Below are positions 49,091 through 61,290 of a stretch of 64,000 nt of DNA, piece by piece; position 1 is the stretch's first letter, and each line of letters opens with the position of its first letter. A program made the position numbers and the translations under genes. This DNA is from Macrostomum lignano (taxonomy: Eukaryota), in NCBI GenBank assembly GCA_002269645.1, contig NIVC01002001.1, positions 124,001-188,000 on the forward strand, read 5' to 3'. The notes under the pieces are model-generated. The model saw only the letters and a list, made by a program, of their open reading frames with translations. It ran no database searches and was not told the origin of the DNA.

Positions 49091-50909
49091 ATTGTGTCTA
49101 GTTTCGTTTGGGCCACAAACGATTGCGTCGACGGAAATTGTGAACTAAGTAAATTTTTGCGCGCCTTTCAGGCATCGAAACAGGAATACAACAGATTGCT
49201 TATCTGCGAATAGTCTATGGTCAAGCTGCCCCCCATCTTTAGATAGCTATTCCCAACGGGTTATATTTGGATATACCCATTTGCAGATGAGCAATCTTTA
49301 TATTCCTGTATCAATGCGTTTGCGAGGATATTTTTTATTCAATACAACAAAGCTGAATAAACAGATTGCATAAATATACGAAAACGGTAACGTGGGCATA
49401 ATGAAACGTGGACCAATTGTTACGCAATAATCGATGAGTAGAGCTAGAATCGACAGTTCATTCAGTCCTTCCGATGAATGGTAAATGTGCATTTGGTGAA
49501 CGTGCAGGTAGAAAACTGAAATCCAGCAGGACCCGACTTCACCGCACCAACAAACGTGGAACCACTGCTTTGAACTTGCGACTGACGCTCTTCCACGAAG
49601 TTGAACCCTGACTAGGCTGAACAGCATTCACTGGACTCTGCATGGCCTGAGGCTGCTCCACGAGGCGAGACTCGGGCTGAATAGGCTGAACAGCATTCAC
49701 TGGACTCTGCATGGCCTGACACTCAAGTCGCTGAGAAAGTTGACCTCATTTCCATTCAAGCCGTCAATGCTTTCAATCGGCAAATTCGACCAATTTATCA
49801 TTCGTATGAGTGGCATGAATATAGGTTAGGGCAAACAGAAGAAACAGGAACATGTATCCTCTGCTGCAGAGCTCCAACTTATAAGACCACAACTTCATTT
49901 AACATGTTTCGTCTATGGTAATTTCAGACTGTTCCGCTAAAAGTTCCTCTAAAGGCCTCGACGCTATGGCAGTTGTGTGTGAGGCTTGACCTCTTGATAG
50001 TGGAATTGTGTCTAGTTTCGTCCAAAAACCAATTCAAAACGGCTAGGACACAACTTCCCAGACGGGAATTGTTCACTGAGTGATTCTAGGAATTTGTGTC
50101 ATAGGCATTTTCCACTTGGCGCAAGCCAAATGATGGCCATAGTCTAAACGTCTCGAACGAAAGTTAAGCGGAACAGTCTGAAATTACCATAGACGAAACA
50201 TGTTAAATGAAGTTGTGGTCTTATAAGCAGGAACTCTGCAGCAGAGTATACATGTTCCTGTTTCTTCTGTTTGCCCTAACCTCTATTCATGCCACTCATA
50301 CGAATGATAAATTGGTCGAATTTGCCGATTGAAAGCATTGACGGCTTGAATGGAAATGAGGTCAATTTTCTCAGCGACTTGGACGTGACGAGGCGGATGA
50401 CGAAGAGTTAGTTGATGGAGTTGATCCGATTCATTGAATGCGGTAACCATGATGCTCTGCCACCACTGCCAAGCGAAGAAGAGGCTTGCCCCGAGGATCC
50501 CATGCGGAACAAACCATGCAATTCGGCCGATGTGAGTGTAATTATTGTCGATTCTAGCTCTACTCATCGATTATTGCGGAACAATTGGTCCACGTTTCAT
50601 TTTGCCCACGTTACGGCCGTTTTCGTAAATGTATACAATCTGTTTATTCAGCTCTGTTGTATTGAATAAAAAATATCCTCGCAAACGCATTGATAAAGGA
50701 ATATACAGATTGCTTATCTGCAAATGGGTATATCCAAATATAACCCGTTGGGAATATCCAAAGATGGGGGGCGGCTTGACCATAGACTATTCGCAGATAT
50801 GCAATCTGTTGTATTCCTGTTTCGATGCCTGAAAGGCGCGCAAAAACTTACTTAGTTCACAATTTCCGTCGACGCAATCGTTTGTGGCCCAAACGAAACT
50901 AGGCACAAT
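49091..50909. repeat. 1.8-kb foldback: outer inverted arms 49091-49455/50546-50909, inner inverted arms 49724-49940/50164-50381
   Basis: The arms read as near-identical reverse complements (e.g. ATTGTGTCTAGTTTCGTTTGGGCCACAAACG / CGTTTGTGGCCCAAACGAAACTAGGCACAAT); the segments between the arms are unrelated. Confidence 0.93.
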
Positions 50910-51853
50910 ACAGAGTTTTGTTGCCAATTTGATCTGCTTACTACGCCTAAGATAATGCTAAACTAAAGCAGTCAGTCTGCCTGACCAAATTGTCTGGGCT
51001 TATCAACAGAACAGCTTGGAGATTTGCACGGAATAACACATTGGCCTACGAAGGCTACGCTAACTATCGTGGTAAACTTCAATGGAACGTTTCAAAAAAC
51101 GTTCAATGTATATCTGGTATAGGAAAACGTAGCTACTTAGAGTGGCTGACAGCTCAACAACATTTCGACCACTTCCTCATCTTCAGAGCAGCTCACCCAA
51201 AGTGAGTGCTTATGAGTGTTTACAGCCGTTAGTCTTGAGAACTAGCCAGGACTTCTCATTCGGAGGGGTCGCCACATGTACTTTTACAAACTTTTTGCTT
51301 TGATTGATATTCTTACTGTTTCTTGAAATGTTAATTTTTCTCTTTTTCTTGGCGCAAAATGCCAGTCTTTTCTCAGGGCATTTTGAACTTCTGCATTCAA
51401 TAAATCCCGTGCACCATAAATATTCGCACTGCTCATATTTTTTTTTCAAAATCGACCGTTCAAGAAAGTTCAAAGTACAATAAATAGTGGTTCGACGACA
51501 TTTGACAAATCTTATCACCCGAAATAAACAGCTTTTGGGGGCAGTTTGGGCTAGAAGGAAACCACGCGCTGGGTTCTCAGCATCCGAATAATTGTCCAAT
51601 TATTTTTTATTGTGTCTTGCGACAGAAGAAACTTATCTGTTTTTTTTGTTTAAGTTTTTTTTCTGGGCCTATCGAATGCAAAACCTGTTGGGAAATCGTC
51701 AGCTGTGTATGAATGACCGCTTGCATGACAAATAGCTGGTCCGAGCATAGGTAATTCCTTAAATAAAATGGGATTCCTGGGTGGAACTGGTCTTTACTCT
51801 CGCCTAAAACGTTATTGCAGGTGTAGAAAAAATAGCAATAAGACTGTTGAATC

Positions 51854-54800
51854 ATGAAGGTGCTGCTCATTGCAGTCATTGCCTGCTTTGTGGCCACTTC
51901 CTGCGCTGGTGAGTTACATAAATTCAACTGATTCCACACCTGATTCCTATCTGACACACCTGATTCCTATCTGACACACCTGATTCCTATCTGACACACC
52001 TGATTCCTATCTGACACACCTGATTCCTATCTGACACACCTGATTCTTATATCTGACACACCTGATTCTTATATCTGACACACCTGATTCCTATCTGACA
52101 CACCTGATTCCTATCTGACACACCTGATTCCTATCTGACACACCTGATTCCTATATCTGACACACCTGATTCTATATCTGACACACCTGATTCCTATCTG
52201 ACACACCTGATTCCTATCTGACACACCTGATTCTATATCTGACACACCTGATTCTATATCTGACACACCTGATTCTATATCTGACACACCTGATTCCTAT
52301 CTGACACACCTGATTCCTATCTGACACACCTGATTCTATATCTGACACACCTGATTCCTATCTGACACACCTGATTCTTATATCTGACACACCTGATTCC
52401 TATCTGACACACCTGATTCCTTTATCTGACACACCTGATTCTTATATCTGACACACCTGATTCCTATCTGACACACCTGATTCATATATCTGACACACCT
52501 GATTCCTATATCTGACACACCTGATTCATATATCTGACACACCTGATTCCTATATCTGACACACCTGATTCTATATCTGACACACCTGATTCCTTATCTG
52601 ACACACCTGATTCCTATCTGACACACCTGATTCCTATCTGACACACCTGATTCCTATCTGACACACCTGATTCCTATCTGACACACCTGATTCCTATCTG
52701 ACACACCTGATTCCTATCTGACCCACCTGATTCCTATCTGACACACCTGATTCCTATCTGACACACCTGATTCCTATCTGACACACCTGATTCATATATT
52801 TGACACACCTGATTCCTATCTGACACACCTGATTCCTATCTGACACACCTGATTCATATATTTGACACACCTGATTCCTATATCTGACACACCTGATTCA
52901 TATATCTGACACACCTGATTCTTTATCTGACACACCTGATTCCTATCTGACACACCTGATTCCTATATCTGACACACCTGATTCTATATCTGACACACCT
53001 GATTCCTATCTGACACACCTGATTCTTATATCTGACACACCTGATTCTTATATCTGACACACCTGATTCCTATATCTGACACACCTGATTCCTATATCTG
53101 ACACACCTGACAGACCACCAGCACGAGCGCGACGCCATCAACTACCTGACCAGCCGCATCCCGGAGCTTCGCTCGAAGCAGCCCCTTGCCGGTGCCGCCT
53201 GGACCAACGCCCTGTTCAAGATCGTCAAAGAGCTGGACAGCAGTGTCCAGTTCCGCGACGTCCTGGCGACCAACAAACCCGCCGAGCCGGTCTCTGCCGA
53301 GCCCACCTCGTCCTTCAACTGCCAGCTGACACGCTCGCCGACCAAGCCGACCTCCGCGCACCGACTGCGACCTGGCGACATCGACGTCATCGCCGCTATG
53401 GGAGACTCGCTGACCGCCGCCAACGGCGCCCTGGCCACCAGCATCCTGGGACTGACCACTGAGTACCGCGGCTACGCCTGGAGGTGAGATGATCGAGGAA
53501 ATTTTCTGGACGATGTCTGGACGAGGGGCGCCAGCACCAGGGGCGCCAGCACCAGGGGCGCCAGCACCAGGGGCGCCAGCACAAATCATTCATTTGGGGT
53601 GGACTACAATTAACCAATAGACTATGGAAAAGACGTAGATAGTCTCTTCTATGAATCTTACACATGCATAATGAATTTACGTTTTTCCAGCAACATTTTG
53701 TGCACTTTTATTGCCTAAAATCCTATCAAAACATGGCAAATATTAAATAAACTCGTCACTTCAGCATCGGAGGTGAAGCGTCACTGCGCCAGCACACCAC
53801 CCTGGCCAGTAAGTGAAAATTACTAATCAATAAATTCTAAACTAAAAATATCCAAGTTACCAAACTATAAATTAACATATTTCACTTTTAAAGACATTCT
53901 GAAGGACCAAAACAGCAGACTGTATGGCTACTCCACTGGCAAAGGTGCCATCTCGAGTTCAGCTGCCGTGCTCAATGTTGCCGTTCCCGGAAATGTTGCC
54001 TCGTGAGTTGAACCTAAAAACCAATTCCTCGAATCAGAGCCAGAGGTGAAGACCTGATAACTTAGCTTTGATTGGTCTAATTTCACCCCATTGTAGTCAC
54101 GTTCCCGGTCAGGCCCGCCTACTAGTTGAGAAGCTGAAATCCGATTCTCGGGTGAACTATAACAACGACTGGAAGCTGATCACCCTGCTCATTGGTGGCA
54201 ACGATGTGTGCGCTTACTGCAAGGACAAGGTGAGCTTACTGATAGAGGGCTTGCGACTATGAGGACCTTCAGATCATTCAGATTTGAAGGTAGCCTCTCC
54301 AGTTATCATAGACTTGAAGGTAGCCTCTCCAGTTATCAAAGACTTGAAGGTAGCCTCTCCAGTTATCAAAGACTTGAAGGTAGCCTCTCCAGTTATCAAA
54401 GACTTGAAGGTAGCCTCTCCAGTTATCAAAGACTTGAAGGTAGCCTCTCCAGTTATCAAAGACTTGAAGGTAGCCTCTCCAGTTATCAAAGACTTGAAGG
54501 TAGCCTCTCCAGTTATCAAAGACTTGAAGGTAGCCTCTCCAGTTATCAAAGACTTGAAGGTAGCCTCTCCAGTTATCAAAGACTTGAAGGTAGCCTCTCC
54601 AGTTATCAAAGACTTGAAGGTAGCCTCTCCAGTTATCAAAGATTTGAAGGTAGCTTCTTCAAATGATCAGACTTAAGGTAAAGACTTACTTAAGTTTACA
54701 TCGTCAAAGTCTCTCACACACTGCAGAGAGCATTCAGCGCTGACAACTACATCAGGTACATTCGTGAGGCTCTCGACTACCTACACGCCAACGTGCCCAG

Positions 54801-55701
54801 GGCTTTCGTCAACGTAGCCGAAGTTCTCGACGTCTCCCTGGTCAAGGAACTCAAGGACGGCAGCGCGATCTGCGGAGTGCTTCAGGGCTCCCTGCTATGC
54901 AAATGCGGCGCCTTCCCTGAGAACGAGGCCGAGGAGCGCGACGTCAAGACCATCATCGGCGAGTACCAGGCCCGACTGCGTCAGCTGGTCGACTCTGGTC
55001 GATACGACACTCGCGAGGACTTCACCGTGGTGACTCAGCCGTTCCTCAGGAACAGCAAGCCGCCGAGGATCAACGTGAGTCTTTGTTTATTGGTCGGGTG
55101 ATGCAAGCAGCTCATTAATTTGTGTCCTGCTGCGCTTTCGAGAAAGATAAGTCTTTTCAGCATGCACTTTTAACCACTTCTTACCAACTCTAGGGCGTGT
55201 ACGACCAGTCCTACCTGGCTCCCGACTGCTTCCACTTCAGCCGGAAGGGTCACGATGAGACCGGCAAGGCCCTGTGGAACAACATGGTGAGCGGTTTAAT
55301 TCAAAGGAAAAAGAGATTCGAATTCGAATTGACGTCACCGTTTTCTGTAAAGATTGCTGGTTGTTGTGTCATCTTGCTAGTGTCAAGTGAAGTTTATCAG
55401 AAGTGGGGATTAAACCAAAGGATTGTAAGGAGTGAGCATTATCAAGTGAAAGATTGTCAGGAGTAAGGCTAATTTCTGTTTATAAATTCGCATAAATTGT
55501 CACACTTTTCAGCTCGAACCGGTCGGTCGGAAGGCGACCGAGTGGAATATTGGAGGCCCTTTCAAGTGCCCGACTTCGGTAAGAGGATTAATAAAGCTAG
55601 AAGCTCGTATTTAGTAATTTCTGAAATTTTTCCAATCACATAAAAGTTATTTTAATTAACATTTTCAGTCGAGGCCGTACTTTGCTACCAGGAAGAATTG
55701 A
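51854..55701 (+). CDS. PLB1: Phospholipase B1-like secreted SGNH/GDSL lipase copy C, 416 aa, 9 exons
   Basis: Exons 51854-51908, 53114-53483, 53765-53808, 53894-54002, 54097-54229, 54727-55074, 55194-55286, 55513-55578 and 55669-55701 total 1251 nt. Same intron phases as copy B; GDSL, GGND and DCFH blocks intact. Confidence 0.93.
51935..53110. repeat. 20-22-bp minisatellite (CACACCTGATTCCTATCTGA) filling PLB copy C intron 1
   Basis: Direct reading; related core to the 24-bp unit of copies A and B. Confidence 0.96.
53525..53582. repeat. 15-bp repeat (GGGGCGCCAGCACCA) x4
   Basis: Direct reading. Confidence 0.9.
54286..54655. repeat. 30-bp minisatellite x12 in PLB copy C intron 5
   Basis: GACTTGAAGGTAGCCTCTCCAGTTATCAAA units. 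Confidence 0.97.
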
Positions 55702-58700
55702 TGCGCCCAACCCAGCTCATGGCTTTCTGTGATGATTTTTTCAGCCAAGTTCCAATTTCAACTTGGAACTTTGTGCTTGTAGTTGCAGTTTAAAACTAAA
55801 TTATAAGCGTTTAAAATATAACTGAGTACTGGAACAGTTCAACAATTATAATTAATTGATATCAATAATCTCGGATTCAATCAAGTTTTGCATCCTCAAT
55901 TGGGACAATCACTGGAAATTCTAGCGCTTAATGAAATTACGAATGACATGGCATCAAGTAACCTTGAGTCCAAATGCTCTACAAATGATGGACAAAGTAA
56001 AAATTTGTTGCTCGGGTAAATTACGCATTACGGAGTGCATAAACATAGTAGGTTCAATTAAAAAAAAGCCAATGAAAATGGAGCACACTTTCCGAGTCAA
56101 CCAGAAAACGCAATCAGTTATTTTAATTACCAGTTATGGTGCTTTCCTAATTTAATCCAATCTGCCTGTTCCCCTTCTCCATGTCAAAAGTGTTAAGCCA
56201 GCGGAGATTATCGGCAGCTTAAACTCTGCTAACCACAGACAAACTTTAACTTGATAGTGCACGTACATTTAACAGAACAAAAGTCAGTCACACAGAACGT
56301 CAAAACGGCAAACAAGTGTATTTCAGTTTGTTTAGTTAATGTTGAACACTGACGTTTGTCGGTGAACCAAAATTGACAGTGGTTGGGCCATAGAAATTTA
56401 GCACTGTTCTTTGAGGTTTTAGGTTGATTCTAAAGTGGTGTAGTTCGTCCATTTCATTCTTAAACACCGCTCTCTCTATTAGATTGGCAATGATCAGTGC
56501 TCATTACTCGGAACTGGAAACTACAAAATTTGACGCCGATCTATCAATAACTTTGTCCTCGAAAGGCACTACTTGGATTTACAAGCAGGTCTGTGTCCGA
56601 ATACAGAATAGTCTGTGCACACCGACGGTTAACTACGTCGCCATGCGTCATGCTAAACCCCTTCGTAACTGATTCACAAGACATTGTGCCTTGCTGTATC
56701 GAGTAAAGGCTGCAAGGACAGATACAGCCAAGAGTAGCAAATAATTCAATTGATTAAAAGGAACCAATTGTGATTTTCAGCTGTTTGTTCACTTTTTATT
56801 TTGCTCACATACAAGTCTTATCACGTAACCCGGGCTGCATGAGAACACCTGTGCAACCCCTAGGCTCTGGCGCTGAAAGGTACAACCACCAGGTCTCGTT
56901 CCTTAGACTTCGTCCGCCTCTGGATGGTGCGGTAGCTGACGTTGAGGCCAAGATCGCGTTATCTAGACAGCGGGCCCAGGTCGTTTGAATGAGCATCGCC
57001 AGAGATGTGGCCGCCACCCAGTTACCTGTGCGGGAGTTCACCCGCGGTAAAAGACTCTCACTAGTGAGACGGGACTCTCGGTCTGTAACAGACGAAGGTT
57101 TTTGACTCCAACTGAACTAGAAATGGCCGATTGGGGGACTCTGTGCGAGGCATACAAAGGACAGCTAGTCTAGTCAGTGCTGGAAACGATCGGACTTTTG
57201 CATAGCGGGATCTTAGCGATTCTGGACTGCGATTCCCTCCTCAGCCCCAGGATCCAGGATCCCAAGGATGTATGATAGAAGGTAAACGCCATTGTGACGT
57301 TGCTAGTTTAAGTGGTCCCGCAAAAGGGCCGTTGGACTATAGTTTCCCTTGTAATTGCTCATATTAATTTCTCCAATAGTTTATTTTAACGTTTACTTAT
57401 AGTAGCGTGCAAATAATCTGTATCAACTGCTATTTCACTGTGTATTTGGTAGGCCTTGCGCTCGTCTGTGAATTTTGGCACGATCGATAATTTTAAGTTC
57501 TCTCGCCAGCCAATGAAAACCACTTGTGCTTCGCGCTACCCCCTCTGCGCTCCTTTATTAAACCCCCGCCTGGCGGCGGGCACTCCTCACTCCCTGTGTG
57601 TCCTTGGCCTTGTGTGTGTTTTTGCGTTCTTGTCTGGCTGCCTCGAGCCTCCTTATTTCTCGCCACGGCCCCTCTGTCTGGGCCAGCCTACTCACACGCT
57701 TACTTGACTGTCTCACGCCACGGCTGACGCCAATCTCGCCACTGCTACTCACTGCCTCCACTGTGCTCATTGCCATTGCTCACCACGTTACGTCGCCATT
57801 GCATCATTCGCCTGTCACTTGACTTCATATCCAAATTATATTCAACCCATTGTTGCAGCCGCCAGTGCCCAGGAGCTATAGTTTGTGTATTGCCAGTAAC
57901 AACCAAACCTAATATTGATATTAACAATAAAAACAACTACGGCAGTTTCCTGCCTTTATTGCCGAGTGCTCCGCTACACCATCCGCTTTGCAAGGGTTGA
58001 TTTTAACTTATTTTGGGACTACGACTTACTGCAACGCTTGTTAAAACGGCCCTTTTAAGGGTCACAGCCATAGTTAGCCGCTACGCCAACATCAATAATC
58101 GTGACACCATTATAATTTCCTTCCTCCCAGATGGTTTCAATGCGGCAGGGGATTGGGTTTTGTTACCGCTATGATTATTTGGTTATACTCTGATCCTCAA
58201 CTTCTATTCCGCCTTGCGACAGGCACAATAGCTCTCTACTCACACTTCATGCCAAGACTCGTGGTAAATAAGTACAGACAGAAGCAACAAAGAGTTGAAT
58301 GGCTAATACCCTGCTGCATTTGCTGGCCCTAAACTTGGCCCTAACAGTTCAGGTAATTATGATATTATAACGGAATATCTTTAAAGTTAATAGTGAAAGA
58401 TTAGATGGTGATCACCATGGGGGCGACCGGGCTGACGATACCCAAGGGCAGCGCAACGTGATCGATAATGGGAGTTTACGAACATGTACATGTAACAGGC
58501 GGGAAAAAGCTTGGGCCGGGAGATTGTAAGGGGTCCGTAGAGCTGTCACGCGCATGATTGATCTCGAACAATAGAAAAGGAGGTTGGGATTTGGTGCTCG
58601 GGGAGTGGGGTGAAACGATCAAGGAACACTGTAGTAGAGTGGTACCTACTACAGATACCTAAACAGACCTAAACAAAACTGGTACCTAAACAGATATTAC

Positions 58701-58823
58701 CTACTACAGTGGTCTTTGGGAGCGATAAGCATGAGTCATTGCCCCATCCCAACGAGTCATCCCGGGGGTAACAGGAATTAAGGGAGGAATCCAGGGTCCA
58801 CAAAACTAGTGAGGGGCGTGCCT

Positions 58824-58824
<1 letters not shown>

Positions 58825-58857
<33 letters not shown>
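58825..58857. repeat. (CAGA)n microsatellite
   Basis: Direct reading. Confidence 0.95.
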
Positions 58858-58858
<1 letters not shown>

Positions 58859-59988
58859 TCACTTACATGTACTTGATTTTTATCCTCCTAAATTATACTT
58901 GCTTGAATTGTGCATCTGCACGTTGCTCAATTTTTACTTAACATTGTAACGCCGAGTTTTATGTTATAAGCTATAATTGTGCTGTATCATGATTGTTTGT
59001 TTGTCTGCTCGATCAAATCAACAGCAAAAATGACAAACCATGCATGCATAAGAAGCTAATTAATTAACTTTTTGTGATTCTAAAAAAATAATAGCTATAA
59101 AAGATCGACTTTTTACTTTTTAGACTTGCACGATGATTAATTGCCCGTTCAGGATCAGGGGTCCGACAGCGAATTAAGCGCCGCTCTGTTACTGTACATC
59201 ACTTTACCAGGGCCATGCCTACCAGCCAAGTTGACAGCCTTTTCGTCAGATGACGGTTTTCTAGAAGGTCAAACCAATCAAGTTCACTGTAAATTTACGG
59301 TATACCTGTACCTGTATGAGCAATTTGTTGAAATTTAATCAAACTACTGCATGCGTTGCTCTCACTTTGCCGCATTCATTTTCACTACTGCAATGTAACG
59401 CTTTCCGAACTTGTAAACAATTTTAAAAAATAGTTATGTATTACTTTTGTATTTATAGAGTCAAAACAGTCTATTTAGCCAAGATTTGTTGATTTCTCAA
59501 AGATTAAGTTGGAATTGCAATTTCTGTGTAAAAGCATTTGTTTTTTTGTTTAACAATTTAAAATATCGAATTATTAACTTTTAGAGCAGCTGCTAGCTAA
59601 CTTGTGCATATTATAATATGAAAACTTAAGACTGACTTTTAAATTGCTAACTTAATTTAAAGAACTTTTTGGAATTTGAATCTAAACTTAACTTGTTCTC
59701 GATCAAAGCCCCATAGTAGGATAGAACATGGTTCTTTCTGCCATTTAAACTATGCCTATATCTTATATGTATTTGTGATTCACTAAATTGTATCTTTTCT
59801 TTATGATTATGCCTAGGCTTAAAAAAGCAAGATTCCAAATTATTATTATAACTAAGGAATGAAGAACCTATGCCAAATACTAGAGACTTCAATGCCAGAT
59901 ACTTCAAAGTTCAATATCATTTCACTTACAGTGTTTTGACTGTAGGAGTACTGGTTGTGCATGAAACTCAATTCATGTATATTAGTTG

Positions 59989-60098
59989 CAGATGGCTAGG
60001 GCCTAATCATTGTAGCTAGGCAAAAGTTTTTTATTTGAAACTAAGAGGAGGCTGGTATTACAGCAAGTGGACTTTGACAATGTGGGACTTGGGACATA
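59989..60098 (+). repeat. ~105-bp direct repeat, second copy at 61412-61513, flanking the gag remnant (possible LTR relics)
   Basis: Shared AAAGTTTTTTATTTGAAACTAAGAGGAGG..AGCAAGTGGACTTTGACAAT..GGACTTGGGACAT. Confidence 0.7.
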
Positions 60099-60740
60099 GG
60101 CCTAGAATACAATAGAAAGCATAGAATAACTTGGGCTTGAACACCCTAACATGTCCTTGTGAAAAAGGCATATTGTAAGTTGCATGGAAATAGCATGGAA
60201 GCAATAGATATTAGAGCAACAGTTATGCAGTAGATTTCATGGTGTATATAATAAAGCAATCAACAAAAATATATCCAAACCTAAACTGTAACAATAATAA
60301 TATAAATGAGTTTGTATTGATTGTTGATGGTAGGATCAAGTGGTATATATTGTCACATAGTATATTGTTTCAATGGCCCTGGCAGCTGCTTTATTCATAG
60401 GCCTAACAAAGTCCTTTATTTGATCAGCCTATTGGATGAAGTCTATGATGTCTATAACTGGCAGAAGTTCTTTGGTTTAGAATGCTTTGAGTAGGCCTAC
60501 CCGTTGCTAAGTTTATAGGCAACATATCCTAGCAACCAAAGTCAGGAAGGTGGCACAGTGTATGCCAGAATACATTTTTTGGGATGATCTATGCACCGTC
60601 TGTGCACCATGTTTGTGCCCTTATTTTATATAATTTACATAAGTTTATAGGCAATAGACAAATTTACAAAATTCTTAGAATTCATGTAGACTTAATATGA
60701 TACACTAGTTTTATGCTAATAAAGATTCTACTTTGATTCC

Positions 60741-61290
60741 TTATGTACCAAAGTTGTACACAGCACCACATATGTCAAAGACCTTATATGCCGCATGTGC
60801 TAAGGACCCCAGTGTGTGCCATGATTGTGCACTACATGCGCCAGGGACCTCAGTATGCGCCAAGTGTGCCAAGGACCCCTTGTGTACGCCAGAATTTTCC
60901 ATGTCAAAGGCTACCTTCTTGACTATGGCATGGCCTAGCAATTAAAGCCAACTTGATCATCTCTTCTTTAGGGCTCTCCACCATCTTCAATGAATCAAAA
61001 TTGCAATGATTGGCAGCTTTATATAGTCTATTTAGAAAGTCCAACAATACTTCACCTTCATTCTGTTGCAGAGTAGAATTTTGTGTGCTTTACTAATATA
61101 ATTCAGGTCTTAGGCTGCAAGTAAGCTGTGATGGCCTCTTGTATTGCGTGTGTCTCAATAGCTTTTGGAGCAAGTAGAGCTATGAGCTTCTCTAGTATTG
61201 GCAAGCCACAAATGGCAATGAAATTATCTACAATCTGTTTTCTATCTTCATTATCTTGCCATTGTTTTGCTTAGGCAAGGGAATAAAATG
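60741..61290 (-). mobile_element. Decayed Ty3/Gypsy-type gag remnant
   Basis: Manual translation: FIAICGLPILEKLIALLAPK..YLQPKT*IILVKHTKFYS(fs)QQNEGEVLLDFLNRLYKAANHCNFDSL..EEMIK. This follows the retrotransposon gag pattern (KF..R.Q..GE....F..RL...A..C.F); it has stops and a frameshift. Confidence 0.7.

Noticed and set aside
50382-50560. Defensin-like cysteine pattern in the right foldback cassette
   Set aside because: It needs at least three frameshifts and has CxxC rather than CxxxC spacing.
27337-55701. Functional lipid-metabolism cluster (SERINC plus PLB1 array)
   Set aside because: No shared regulatory evidence; adjacency alone is not informative in a eukaryote.
56700-58100. Possible LTR/Penelope-like fragment with CCAAT/TATA-like motifs and short ORFs
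   Set aside because: No recognisable RT, EN or gag motif, and no terminal repeats or TSD found.
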